Positions 53,601 through 64,000 of a DNA stretch of 64,000 bases are shown here, one piece after another. The translations under genes and the position numbers were made by a program. Position 1 is the first letter of the stretch; every line of letters starts with the position of its first letter. Under the pieces are notes generated by a model. That model was not told the origin of the DNA. It saw only the letters and a program-made list of their open reading frames with translations, and did not search any database. The stretch covers positions 46,686,001 through 46,750,000 of the forward strand of contig OZ024741.1 of NCBI GenBank assembly GCA_964016885.1, in the 5' to 3' direction. This DNA comes from Eledone cirrhosa (taxonomy: Eukaryota).

Positions 53601-54093
53601 TAGCATCCAAACAGACCGAAAAATAGATGCAAATAGACCTGATATAATATTGAAGGACTTTCAAAAGAGGGTATGCCTGCTAATTGATATGTCTGTTCCA
53701 ATAGACAAGAATGTATCTATAAAAACATTTGAAAAATTGAGCAAGTATAAGGACCTGGAGATAGAAATTGGAAAAATGTGGAAATTGAGAACTAAAACAA
53801 TACCAGTGGTTGTAGGCGCTCTGGGAATGATACCTAAGGGGTCTAATGATTACATATCGCAGATCCCAGGAAACCCGCGTATAGGAGAAATACAAAAGAT
53901 AGTACTAATGGGAACTGCCCATATACTAAGGAAGATTCTGTCAATATAAGTACATCGGAAGTCTAAACACTAAAGATGCATGTGTGAATATGTATGTTCT
54001 TTCTTGAACATGGCGGACCTTGTTGTCTCTTGAGGTCACTGGTTGTGACTTGGTGATAACTCGTATGAACATAAAGCAAGATAAATGCAACTA
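50618..54093 (+). mobile_element. R4/Dong-like RLE LINE, 5'-truncated, ending in (TAA)n
   Basis: Single long ORF with RT, CCHC and RLE domains; the 3' UTR ends GATAAATGCAACT followed by (AAT)n. Dong elements are known to target (TAA)n. Confidence 0.9.
50620..53949 (+). pseudogene. R4/Dong-type polyprotein (RT + CCHC + restriction-like endonuclease) with one in-frame stop
   Basis: The frame is open from 50620, with TAG at 51592-51594. Motifs: KWKSPGKD, NYRPITCL, WIDYKKAFDS, GIFQVDSLSP, FYMDDLKL, GGRGL, CRVC..ETIDHIISMC, RHD, RPDI, IDMSVP, EKLSKYKDL. Confidence 0.9.
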
Positions 54094-54109
54094 TAATAAT
54101 AATAATAAT

Positions 54110-56282
54110 AATGAGACAAACAATCCCCAAAATTACAGACTAATAACATTCTTGGCCACAATGTATGAAATGTTAACATCAGTCCTAACTGAATATACAT
54201 ATGATCACCTGATAACAAATGATCTATTTCCCAATGAGCAGAAAGGGTGTAAACGAGGCTCATAAGGATGTAAGGATCAGCTTTTGGTTAACAAAATGAT
54301 ACTGGAAGATAGTCATAATAGACGCAAAAATCTATCATTGCTTGGATAGATTACAAAAAAAAGCATTCGATAGTTGGCCACACAGTTGGATTGAAAAGTG
54401 CTTAGAGATTTTCAAAATATCTCCTGTTGTCAGGAGGTTCTTGTCATTCAGTATGAAGACATGGAAAACGACACTCCTTTTGAATAGTGAAAAAAAATCA
54501 CTGGAAGCTGGAGAAGTTAATATTAATTGTGGAATTTTTCAGGGTCACTCTTTATCACTGCTTTTATTCTACATCGCACTTATACCATTAAGTAAAAGGT
54601 GGATATAGAGTCTATGACAAAACCATTAATCACTTGTTCTACATGGATGACCTGAAACTATTTGCAAAAAAATGATGAGCAATTGCAAGGGCTATTATCC
54701 ACTGTGACGCAGTTCAGTGATGATATTAAAATGGAGTTTGGACTAGACAAATGCGCCAAAGCCACGTTCACCAGAGGAAAGCTGCTGAGAAGTTCAGACA
54801 TTAATCTTGATCGGGGGAATGTGATAAGAGAACTTAACCAAGAGGAAACTTACAAATATCTAGGTGTTTGTGAAGGAGACGGAATCAAGCACTCGCCAAT
54901 GAGGGAAGGATAAGGAAGGAATGTTACCGCAGAGTAAGAGCAATCTTAAGAACGGAATTGAATGCAAGGAATATGATCGATGCCATAAACACGCTTGCCA
55001 TACCAGTAGTAACCTACAGTTTCAATGTTATCAACTGGTCAAGCACAGAGATCCGTAGGCTCGATACAAAAATTAGAAAATTATTAACCATGCACAGAAT
55101 GCATCACCCTAAGGCAGATACAGATAGAATATATCTCCCTAGGAAAGGAGGATGTGGATTAATCCAATTGAATTATCTACATATCTAAGGGAATCACATG
55201 ATTGGATGATCAAACTCGTTTTGAAACATGAAAGCATCAAAAGATCATACTTCATTGCAAAAGATGCACAAAGATACAGTAATAAACTACAAATTTCAGA
55301 AGTTCCATTTACTGCTGAAATGAAAAACACTGAAAAAGCAAAGCAGGTAAAAGTAACTGCAAAGAAAGAACTGCTACAGAAACTGGCTAAGAAATGGCAA
55401 GAAAAGCATCTGTATGGAAAATACCCAGAAAGAGCTAACAATCCTGATGTTGACAAAACTTTAACCAAACAGTGGTTGGCATCCTCTGGACTGAAATCGG
55501 AGAATGAAGGACTGATTATATCAGCACAAGATCAGTGTCTGCCAACAAAAAATGATCAAGCCAAACATAATAAAAAATGGATGCAACCCATTATGCCGTG
55601 TATGTAAAAAACAACCAGATACCAGTGATCATATAATTTCAATGTGCAGTCCTATAGCTCCAACCGAATACCTAAGCAGGCATGACAGAGCTGCACAATA
55701 CATACATTGGATATTGTGTAAGCATTTTGACCTGCCCCATCAAAAGAATTGGTGGGAGCATCAACCACCTTCCGTACTTGAAAAAGATCCCATCTCAATC
55801 TTGTGGAACTATAGCATCCAAACAGACCGAAAAATAGATGTAAATAGACCTGATATAATATTGAAGGACTTTAAAAAGAGGATATGCCTGCTAATTGATA
55901 TATCCCTTCCAATAGACAAGAATGTATCTATAAAAACATTTGAAAAATTGAGCAAGTATAAGTACCTGGAAATAGAAATTGGAAAAATGTACCAGTGGTT
56001 GTAGGCGCTCTGGGAATGATACCTAAGGGGTCTAATGATTACTTATCGCAAATCCCAGGAAACCTGCGTATAGGAGAAATACAAAAGATATTACTAATGG
56101 GAACTGCCCATATACTAAGGAAGATTCTGTCAATATAAGTACATCACAAGTCTAAACACTAAAGATGCATGTGTGTGTATGTATGTTCTTTCTTGAACAT
56201 GGCGGACCTTGTTGTCTCTTGAGGTCACTGGTTGTAACTTGGTGATAACTCGTATGAACATAAAGCAAGATAAATGCAACTG
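54110..56282 (+). mobile_element. Second, more truncated and frameshifted copy of the same Dong-like LINE
   Basis: Homologous to ~51852-54093; begins inside the first copy's (AAT)n tail and ends in (TAA)n. Confidence 0.9.
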
Positions 56283-56306
56283 TAATAATAATAATAATAA
56301 TAATAA

Positions 56307-57748
56307 TTTCCCTTATTATTGGCCACAAGGGCCGAACATAGAGGACAATACAAAGACAGAGGGGGGGGGGGGGGGGGTTACATAAATTCCTGTAAAAACA
56401 ATGCAACAAAAAACAATTAACAATACAATAAAAACAACAGAATTCCCCAATAGGGGGGATATCACCCAGGGATGACCTTAGGCACGCCACAAATCCTAAC
56501 CCACCTTCATCTCCAAGAGCACCCTAGGAAGGTTCCCCTTTTCCTTTAATCCCTCCAGCCTACAGGCACTTGGTCAGAGTAGGCCCACTCACACGAGCCA
56601 TCATCACCACATTCCCCCACCTTTTAACAAATGTACCCTCACATTCTTTTCCAAGTGGAACTTGGAAAAGTTGATAGGGGATTGGCCGAAGATAAAAGTC
56701 TGTTTTCAGACCTTTCAGACGCGTCCATCACACCTCTTTCGCTACAGCTATAAGAGAGAGTAAAATTGCCTGACCTTCCCGGTCAAAAGAAGGCGGCGAG
56801 ACGGTCTTCACTGTGGATTCGGTCGACAGCCGGACGCGATAACAACTGTTCGACAACAAAGACATCAAGTCAGTAATGCACGAACACTGGACGAGTGCGT
56901 GCAGAGCGGTTTCATCGCTCTGTGCGTATCTCAGTCAGGTCTGCCTGACAGCACTTCTGTGCCTATAGAGTATATCTCGAACCGGCAGTGCCGCCAAGCG
57001 AGAGACTTCTGGAAATTATCCATAGTCCCTGGCTTGAAGGTCCTCCAGAACAAACTGGTCAGTTCGACTTCGATGACGCCCAGAGTCTCTCCGAGTCTGT
57101 TGTGCACTTGCCTGCCTGGTAGAGGGCAGAGAGCATCTGGCAACATTCCAGATGCCTGGCACCCAGTCTCGGTCTCTTCTTGATCCAGGACTGCAGCTCA
57201 GTCAAAGAGACGAGCTACAAAAAGGCCTGTCTCACAAACGGCGACCACGCCTGATCACCTTTTAAGCAGAATATCTGGAGACGCCGCAACCTGAGCGCAT
57301 GTTTGCGGATTATTAGCCACGGCAAGCCCAGCCCTCCAGGTAGAGGGTGCTGGCAGCAGATAGATCACCTCACCAACGGAACTTGTCACCTCCAAAAGAA
57401 GTTGAAGAGGACCCGTTCCAATTTGGCGAGGCACGACGGTCAGGTGACGGACGCAATGCACGCGTTTGCCACCTCCGTCCGACCATTCAGAGATAGCTCT
57501 TGGCCCATTTCTGGGTGAGAGTGGCTACCCTGTTCGAAACCTCGTCCCAATTCTTATCCATCTGGTCTGGTTCGAACCAGAACCCGAGCAACTTTACCAG
57601 TCCATCCAGCGCCGACGAAGTTGTTGAACGGCATGAGCTGGCCCCTCAAGGTGCCAAGCTGCAAGCCCACCGACTTTTCCGAGTTTAGTTTTTCTCTCGT
57701 CAACTTTTCATATTTCCCCAAGAAGGTGCCGACCACCTCGATTTCCGA
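56307..57748 (-). mobile_element. Older, 5'-truncated Tx1 fragment (divergent family)
   Basis: EKSVGLQLGT and MDNFQKSLAW; 3' end GCCCTTGTGGCCAATAATAAGGGAAA followed by (TTA)n. Confidence 0.8.
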
Positions 57749-58585
57749 GGCAGTATCGGTAGAGCATCAGACACCATGCTTTGCACCATAAAATACAGCC
57801 CTTTACGCTCTGAGTTCAAATCCCACTGAGGTTAGCTTTGCCTTTCATCCTTATGGTGTTCGATAAAATAAAGTACCAGTCACGCATTGGGGTCGATTAA
57901 ATCGACTTTTCTCTCACCTAAAATTGTTGGCCTTGTGCTTATATCAGAATCTGAGTTCAAATCTGCCGAGGTTAACTTTGCCTTTCATCCTTACGGGGTC
58001 GATAAAATAGAGTACCAGTAATGCACTGAGATAATTGCTGGCCTTGTGCCAAAAGTAGAAACAATTGTTATATAGGGCGGTAAATTGGAAGTATCAGTAG
58101 AAAGTCGGAGGATATGCTTTGAGTTCTCTTTACGCTCTGAGTTCAAAAACCACCGAGGTTAGCTTTGCCTTTCATCCTTTCGGGATCGATAAAATAAAGT
58201 ATTAGTAACAAACTTGTGGAGGCGCGTGGCCTAGTGGTAAGGGTGTTTGACTTACGATCATAGTGCCGTTGGTTCGATTCCTTGGCTGGATTGCGTGTTG
58301 TGTTCTTGAGCAAAACACTTCATTTCACGTTGTTCCAGTATACTCAGCTGAAAATGGGTACCAGCAATAGCTGGCGATTTTACCCTGCGATGAACCGGCG
58401 TCTTGTCCATCGGGGTTAGGAGTCTTTTACTCTCAGTCGCTTCACGCCACGAAACCGGGATAAGCATCAGCCAGGCCTAACGAGCCTTCTGGCTTAAGAC
58501 AGACTTTAGCCTGGGTTTGATTCAATTGAGTTTCCCTTCCCCGAAAATTGTTGGCCTCGTACCTAAATCAGAAACAATTATTATT
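57749..58585 (+). mobile_element. Tandem SINE cluster (main family; ~57749-57950, ~57950-58068, ~58075-58205 with its tail at ~58510-58585)
   Basis: Repeated GAGTTCAAA, GCCTTTCATCCTT and GGCCTTGTG...AGAAAC motifs. Confidence 0.8.
58216..58508 (+). mobile_element. Second tRNA-derived SINE family, nested in a main-family SINE
   Basis: A box TGGCCTAGTGG, B box GGTTCGATTCC, body GTGTTCTTGAGCAAAACACTT. A related head occurs at ~61558-61650. Confidence 0.7.
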
Positions 58586-59269
58586 AGGATCGGTGCTCTG
58601 AAATAACGATGTATACATGAATGTCACCAATCCTAAAACCTAATTTTTGTTGGACCGGCAACCGCTCTGTATAATCAGCTCCTGATTATTACTGAAATTC
58701 TATAAGAATCCAGCTTCTAAAATGTTCGGCGGAAGCAGGGGTGCGTGGCTCTGATGATCGCCAACCAACGTAAAACAGACTGTTAGCTTCTCTCCCTTCT
58801 TTTGCCGAAAAGAAGTAAGTGACATAGTCACTACTTTAAAACCGATAGCGTATGGTCTTCTAAATGTTTTTAATTAAACATACAGTATATTGCCAAATAT
58901 ACTATACATACATTTATTACTTTTGCCGAGTCCAAACGTTTATTTTCCTGTCCGTAAGTTTACTCGTTTAGGGATTTGTTATTAATATTTTTGTTGTTGT
59001 TTTTGTGTTAATCCAACGAAGGCTGAAAGGAATTGGTCGGCTTCTTCTATTTCTCGTCCGACGGAGGTAGAAATTTGAAAAAGCTTGTTTTGGATTTTTG
59101 TTTTTTGAAAAACTAATATTAAAGGAGAGTGCCATCTTATTCCGCCCCCTTCAAAAGGTAGATGACCTTTTATTTCTGTAATAGAAAGTTGTATTTTATT
59201 TTCACTCACTGCCTCTGTTTCTCTCGCTCTTCCCATCTCTCACTATTATAAGCAAATGAGAGCCCACGC

Positions 59270-59660
59270 GCTGGCCACTCCTGTCTTGATGGTAATTCCT
59301 AGCTTCTCATGCAATACATACAACCTTTTTCTTACTGCTCCCAGTGCTTCAACCACAATCGGTACCACTTCTCTATAGTTTCTTGATTTCTCTCTTCAGC
59401 TCCTGGTTTTTCTCAACTTTCTCACTTTTCTTCTCATTCACCCTGTGGCCCCACAGCGAAGCAATATCCACAATACATGCCTTGTTATTCTTCTTTTCTA
59501 CGATAAAATGGTCGCACTGGATGGTCATCTCCCACAAGATCTTATACTGTTCATTTTCAGCAACCGTTTCCGGTTGGTGTTCATACCATTTCTTACATCT
59601 GCTCAGGTCATACTTATGACAGATCTTCCAATGAACCAATCTGGCAATGTTGTCGTGTCG
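59270..59660 (-). pseudogene. Degenerate R4-like RLE LINE C-terminal fragment
   Basis: HRHDNIARLVHWKIC...WYEHQPETVAEN...ILW...IVDIA...EKVEKNQELKREI; cut off at a SINE at 59661. Confidence 0.75.
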
Positions 59661-60095
59661 GTGGATTGGCAGTATCGGTAGAGCGTTGGACACCATGCTT
59701 TGTGACATAAAGTTACGACGCTTTACGTTCTGAATTCAATTTCCGCCAAGGTTAGCTTTGCCTTTCATCCTTACGGAGTCGATAAAATAAAGCACCAGTT
59801 ATGCACTGGGGGATTTAATCGATTTTCCCCTCCCACCAAATTGCTGGCCTTGTGCCTATATAAGAAACCATTATTATTATTGGGGGATTGGCAGTATCAG
59901 TAGAGCGTCGGACAACATGCTTTGCGGTATATAGTTACAGTTCTTTACGTTCTGAGTTCAAATACCGCCGAGGTTAGCTACTTTTCATCCTTATGAGATA
60001 AAATAAAGCACCAGTAATGCAATGGGGTCGATTTGATCGACTTTCCCCTCCCAAAAAACTATTGGCCTTGGGCCTAAATCAGAAACCATTATTAT
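59661..60095 (+). mobile_element. Two head-to-tail full-length SINEs (main family) joined by (TTA)n
   Basis: ~59661-59880 and ~59882-60095, each ending AGAAACCATTATTAT. Confidence 0.85.
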
Positions 60096-60802
60096 CATTG
60101 TTATTGTGGCTACTGCTGCTATAAAAGTAACTATAATCTTGTCTCTCTTCTTTTCAATAAGGTTATTGTTTATTTTGTGTAATGATGCAGTAGTTGTTTG
60201 GGAAAGACGATGTCTGTCTCATATGATAGAATATACGTTTTAAAAGAAACGGAAACGAAAGGAGCATTAAGTACAGTGTGATGGGAGATACGTCTTAAAA
60301 ACAGTTGTCAGAATCAATCTAGAGAAAAACTTGACAAGAGATAAAAATATGGGAACATTTTTCAAGATACAATTAACTTTTTCATTTCTCGAAGAAAAGT
60401 TAATCTAGCATAAATAATAGAGAACAAGTTTTCCTATCTTGGCTTTTGTGTATTGAAAGACAAAACATAAGAAAAACAAATGATAAATGAGACAATCTAA
60501 TAAATCTTTTGAGAACACTTCTTGTTTCTAGCGAAGTTTAGCTGTATTGTTTTTCCGTGAAACGAAAGATATGGAGCCACGCTAAAAAAACAACAAACAA
60601 ATAAATGCAAAAAGTGGGCATAAAAAAAGGAACAACAGCAAAGGCTACAAAATAGATGCATGTAAAAAAAATACCATTCCGTCCATTCATGTGAAGTCGA
60701 CAATGCCTTTAGATATGAAACTATTCTGCAATTAATCTTGTTACATAATTACTCATAGGCAAACATTTATGTATCATTGCAAGTATTTGTCGGGTCTAGT
60801 CT

Positions 60803-61155
60803 GAGGCGGCGACTTTGCAAAGACGTTAGAACGTTGGATAGAATGTTTTGCTGTATTCATTCCGACTCTCTGCTCTCAGAGTTCAAATCCTACCGAGGTC
60901 AACTTTGTCTTCCATCCATATAAGGTCGATAAAACAAGTACAAGTCTAGTACTGGGATCGATTATTCCTCTATATCTCTTTCTCACTTCCATTCTCCAAC
61001 TTTCTATCTCTCTCTGGATGAAATCTACTGTATTCAGACCTGGAGAGGAGATGGGCTCCGGGAGGTTTAAAAAAATTTTTGTTTAACCCTTGAAACGCCG
61101 TATGACAATATGGCACCTCTACGACTCCCTCACGAGTTATGGGACTAAGAAGAAG
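60803..61155 (+). mobile_element. SINE variant: related head and body with a different 3' tail ending in (AAG)n
   Basis: GAGTTCAAATCC and CTTCCATCC..AGGTCGATAAAA, then CTCTCTGGATGAAATCTACTGTA...CCTGGAGAGG..ATGGGCTCCG...ACGACTC; homologous to 63027-63285. Confidence 0.65.
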
Positions 61156-61649
61156 AAATATAAGGTTTATGAAGAAATATAAGGTATATGAAGAAATATA
61201 AGTTTATGCCTCAATATTTATTCCGACTCACTGCGCTCGGAGTTCAAATCCCATTATGGTCAACTTTACATATCATCTTTCGAGAACGATAAATAATAAA
61301 AGTACTAGCCCAGGGTGGTGGTTAGGCGGAATTGTTTTAAAGAATCGGACGGGGTAGTTTTGAGTATCTGATTTGACTGTGTGTTCTGAGTTCAAATCCC
61401 GCTTCCTTCTATCATGAGTTGCAACGGGTAGCTAGTGGAAACATCGTTTCCTTGGTCCGATCTAACAATTGATCTTTTTCCTTTTCTAGTTTAAGATTTA
61501 CTCTAACTAGAGCTATGTTTTGGGTCATTACCAATCTCATCGTGAACACGAATACCCTAATGGTTAGAGTGCTAGGCTCTCGACTTTAAGGTGGTAAGTT
61601 CGGTTTCCAGATCAGGTGACATATGTCCTTGAGCAAGGCATTTTATTTT

Positions 61650-62120
61650 ACTACGAGGTTAAATCACTGGAGCTGATTTTCCGACGTAATTGAGTGGTTC
61701 CACGGAATTGAAATTAAAACCCGCATGCAAATTTATTTAATTTGAAATTCTGGATTTTTGTCCATTCACATTGAAGACGCTCTTCCTGATACCTTTAGAT
61801 TTGGGGAAGCAATTTATTCTGAACAGCAACCTTAATATCAGAACAATGATGAATGTCAAGAAATCATTGTTATACCATGACCATTCCTACTGAGTCAAAC
61901 AAACAAAAAAACAGATATACTATTCGACGTCACTGCGTGGACAGGGGGGGGGGGGGCTGAAGTGGCTGATCTTGTGGGACTGTTTGTCTAGGAACACTTA
62001 TGCAAGAAACCGCTCAACAATATCAGATTTGTAACGAGATGACGGATTGGTAGTCATGAACGGCTATACCATGGGTAGATTTAGAAAATACCTGATAAAC
62101 ATATTCAAGGTTTAAATATG
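61650..62120 (+). pseudogene. Penelope-like reverse transcriptase remnant
   Basis: Manual translation across frameshifts: DVIEWF, CKFI*FEILDFCP, MMNVKKSLLYHD, FDVT, GAEVADLVGLFV, *RDDGL (YRDDGL-type active site). Confidence 0.7.
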
Positions 62121-62357
62121 ATCAGCTCCATAGATCTAATAATAGCTAACACCCCAGGCCTTACGTCAGGTAAACACAACTCAAATAGGAAGCCAAACAA
62201 GTTCACGGTATCTATATGTATAACATAACGTGCTCTAATTACAATAATTTCAATGGAATACATTTCTAACACGATATCTTACTTTCTTCTTCTTGCCTTT
62301 TTCCTTTCTTTCTTTACCCTCTTTTTTCACGAGACTATATAAGTGCAATTATCCCAG

Positions 62358-62500
62358 TTCATTACTGGTACTTTATTTTATCGACCCCGTAAGGATGAAA
62401 GGCAAAGTTAACCTCGGCAGGATTTGAACTCAGATCATAAAGGGCCGTAACTATGCTGCAAAGCATGGCGTCCGACCCTCTACCGATACTACCAATCCAC
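62358..62500 (-). mobile_element. SINE (main family)
   Basis: Reverse complement of GGCAGTATCGGTAGAG...GAGTTCAAATCC...GCCTTTCATCCTTACGGGGTCGATAAA. Confidence 0.8.
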
Positions 62501-62563
62501 CACCCTCCTGCCTTCTAAATAATGACAGAAATGTTTATGAATATAAATACAATTTCTGCACAG

Positions 62564-62740
62564 CTACTCTCGGGTCCCAAATATTAGAGGGAGGGTGGGG
62601 TGGAAAATTGGTAATTTTTCTAGGTTGTCTCCGATGATTTAAAAAAAACTAGAATTAGATATCGTATGGGATTTCTAATAATGTATTTTCTTTTTTTGTC
62701 ATGTATAATGTTTTCTTAATGTATAAAGAAAATTAATTGT
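62564..62740 (+). repeat. Dispersed repeat with a second diverged copy at ~63840-64000 (possible DNA-transposon end)
   Basis: Shared TCTCGGGT(C/A)CCAAA...GTATGGGATTT...TTTTGTCAT.TATAATGTTTT.TTAATGTA. Confidence 0.45.
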
Positions 62741-63026
62741 TGCAGTAATGCTACCACTTAAAATTAAAATTTTGTCGAAGATAGATGAGCAGAATTTGAT
62801 AAGCGGGGGGTGGGGACGATTTTTCGAGACCCGAGAGTATGTCGATAAAAATTGAGTTCCAAACATTCTCGAAGCTTCCTTGGGGACGTAGTAGTGGATG
62901 GTCCAGAATGACCATGATGATCAACAAGGGGAAAAAAGCCACACAAACATTTTGCTGCGTTCGTCATAATACCAAAATGATGAAAACGATTAAATGATGT
63001 CGATTCTAGTTTATGGAATGTTATAA

Positions 63027-63285
63027 GCGGTGAATTGGTAGAGTCGTTAGAACGTCGGATAGAATGGTTTATGGTATATTCTGGCTCTCTGCTCAACATT
63101 GCCATCCATCCTTTCGAGGTCGATAAAAAGCTACCAGTCTAGTACTGAGGTCGATTCTTCCTCTCTCTGGAAGAAATCTGCTGTACTCAAGCCTGGAGAG
63201 GGATGGGCTCCGCTAGGCTTAAAATGCACAAGAAACCCTGCATATCAATACGGCGTCCCTACGACTCAGGAGTTTCAGGACCATA
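63027..63285 (+). mobile_element. SINE variant with the alternative tail
   Basis: Homologous to 60803-61155. Confidence 0.6.
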
Positions 63286-64000
63286 CCATAATCAATAGGT
63301 TCAACAAGTGTTTGGTTGCAAGTTCGAATGAAATTGACTATGTTCAGTGAGGAAATAAATTATATGTGTGTGGTAAAAGGTACTTGTCTGGAATGGTGTG
63401 AGAATTTAATATATATGATAATCCTTGCAAGGACGTCAGACACCAGAAATTCTCTTGAAACCATATGAAAAGGAGAAAACCAATTAGCAGATAAAGGACG
63501 AATAATAATTACAGCAGGTGGTTGAATTCCAGTTTGGATATATTTAAAGAATCTGAAACTAATATATGAGGCTTCGACAAAATAATGTGATATGCAACAA
63601 CAATTTTAATTTTTTTTTGCTCATTTTCAATCTCTGATGTTTAAAAGAAACCAACAGACAAAAAAAAAAAAATTAAACTACTTTTCTAGAAAGTAAAAGA
63701 ACGTTTGAGGAGGTGATGGTTAAAACAAAAATGTATGCTAAAATGAAGTCATTGTGTACAAAAGTTGATATAACTATATACCAGACCTGCCAACATCGAA
63801 AAACTCAAACGTGGTGTACCATGAAATAAACTGCACTAAGTAGTCTCGGGTACCAAATAATAGGGGCGGGGAGTTGGAATAAACTTAAATTCTTATAAGC
63901 GGAGGGAGGGATTCGGTAATATAGTGTATGGGATTTTTGTAAAGTTCTTTTTGTCATATATAATGTTTTTTTAATGTAAAATAAAATTATTAGATTCTCC

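Noticed and set aside
58720-58825. Possible host first exon (CGGAAG motif and GAA|GTAAGT donor)
   Set aside because: A single motif pair with no supporting downstream exon or transcript evidence.
57749-60095. tRNA genes or a CRISPR-like array suggested by repeated A/B-box units
   Set aside because: These are SINE heads without a cloverleaf; eukaryotic context, no regular repeat-spacer structure and no cas genes.

Overview
This is eukaryotic, AT-rich, microsatellite-dense DNA with no host gene I can support. The SINE types and repeat landscape resemble an octopod cephalopod (inference). Almost everything is transposable element. (1) Five near-full-length, decayed Tx1-clade LINEs lie on the minus strand, labelled A-E (ORF1 with a CCHC knuckle; ORF2 with APE endonuclease, RT and Zn-finger), plus 3' fragments. 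(2) R4/Dong-like RLE LINEs lie on the plus strand. (3) There are many tRNA-derived SINEs, two non-autonomous Helitrons, Chapaev3-, RTE- and Penelope-like remnants, and three hammerhead-ribozyme motifs. The most notable system is microsatellite-targeted retrotransposition. A ~31 kb head-to-tail array (26.6-57.7 kb) joins Tx1 LINEs, Dong-like LINEs and SINEs, mostly through short (TAA)n tracts, with strict class-specific polarity. Sister lineages appear to target (TCTA)n (Tx1) and (ACAT)n (R4-like). The main SINE shares a 3' end motif with the Tx1 LINEs, suggesting a SINE-LINE pair. All Tx1 copies carry a consensus 5' splice donor at the ORF1/ORF2 junction, and one copy is an ORF1/ORF2 recombinant. 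Coordinates were read by eye and may be off by a few nt; no database search was run.
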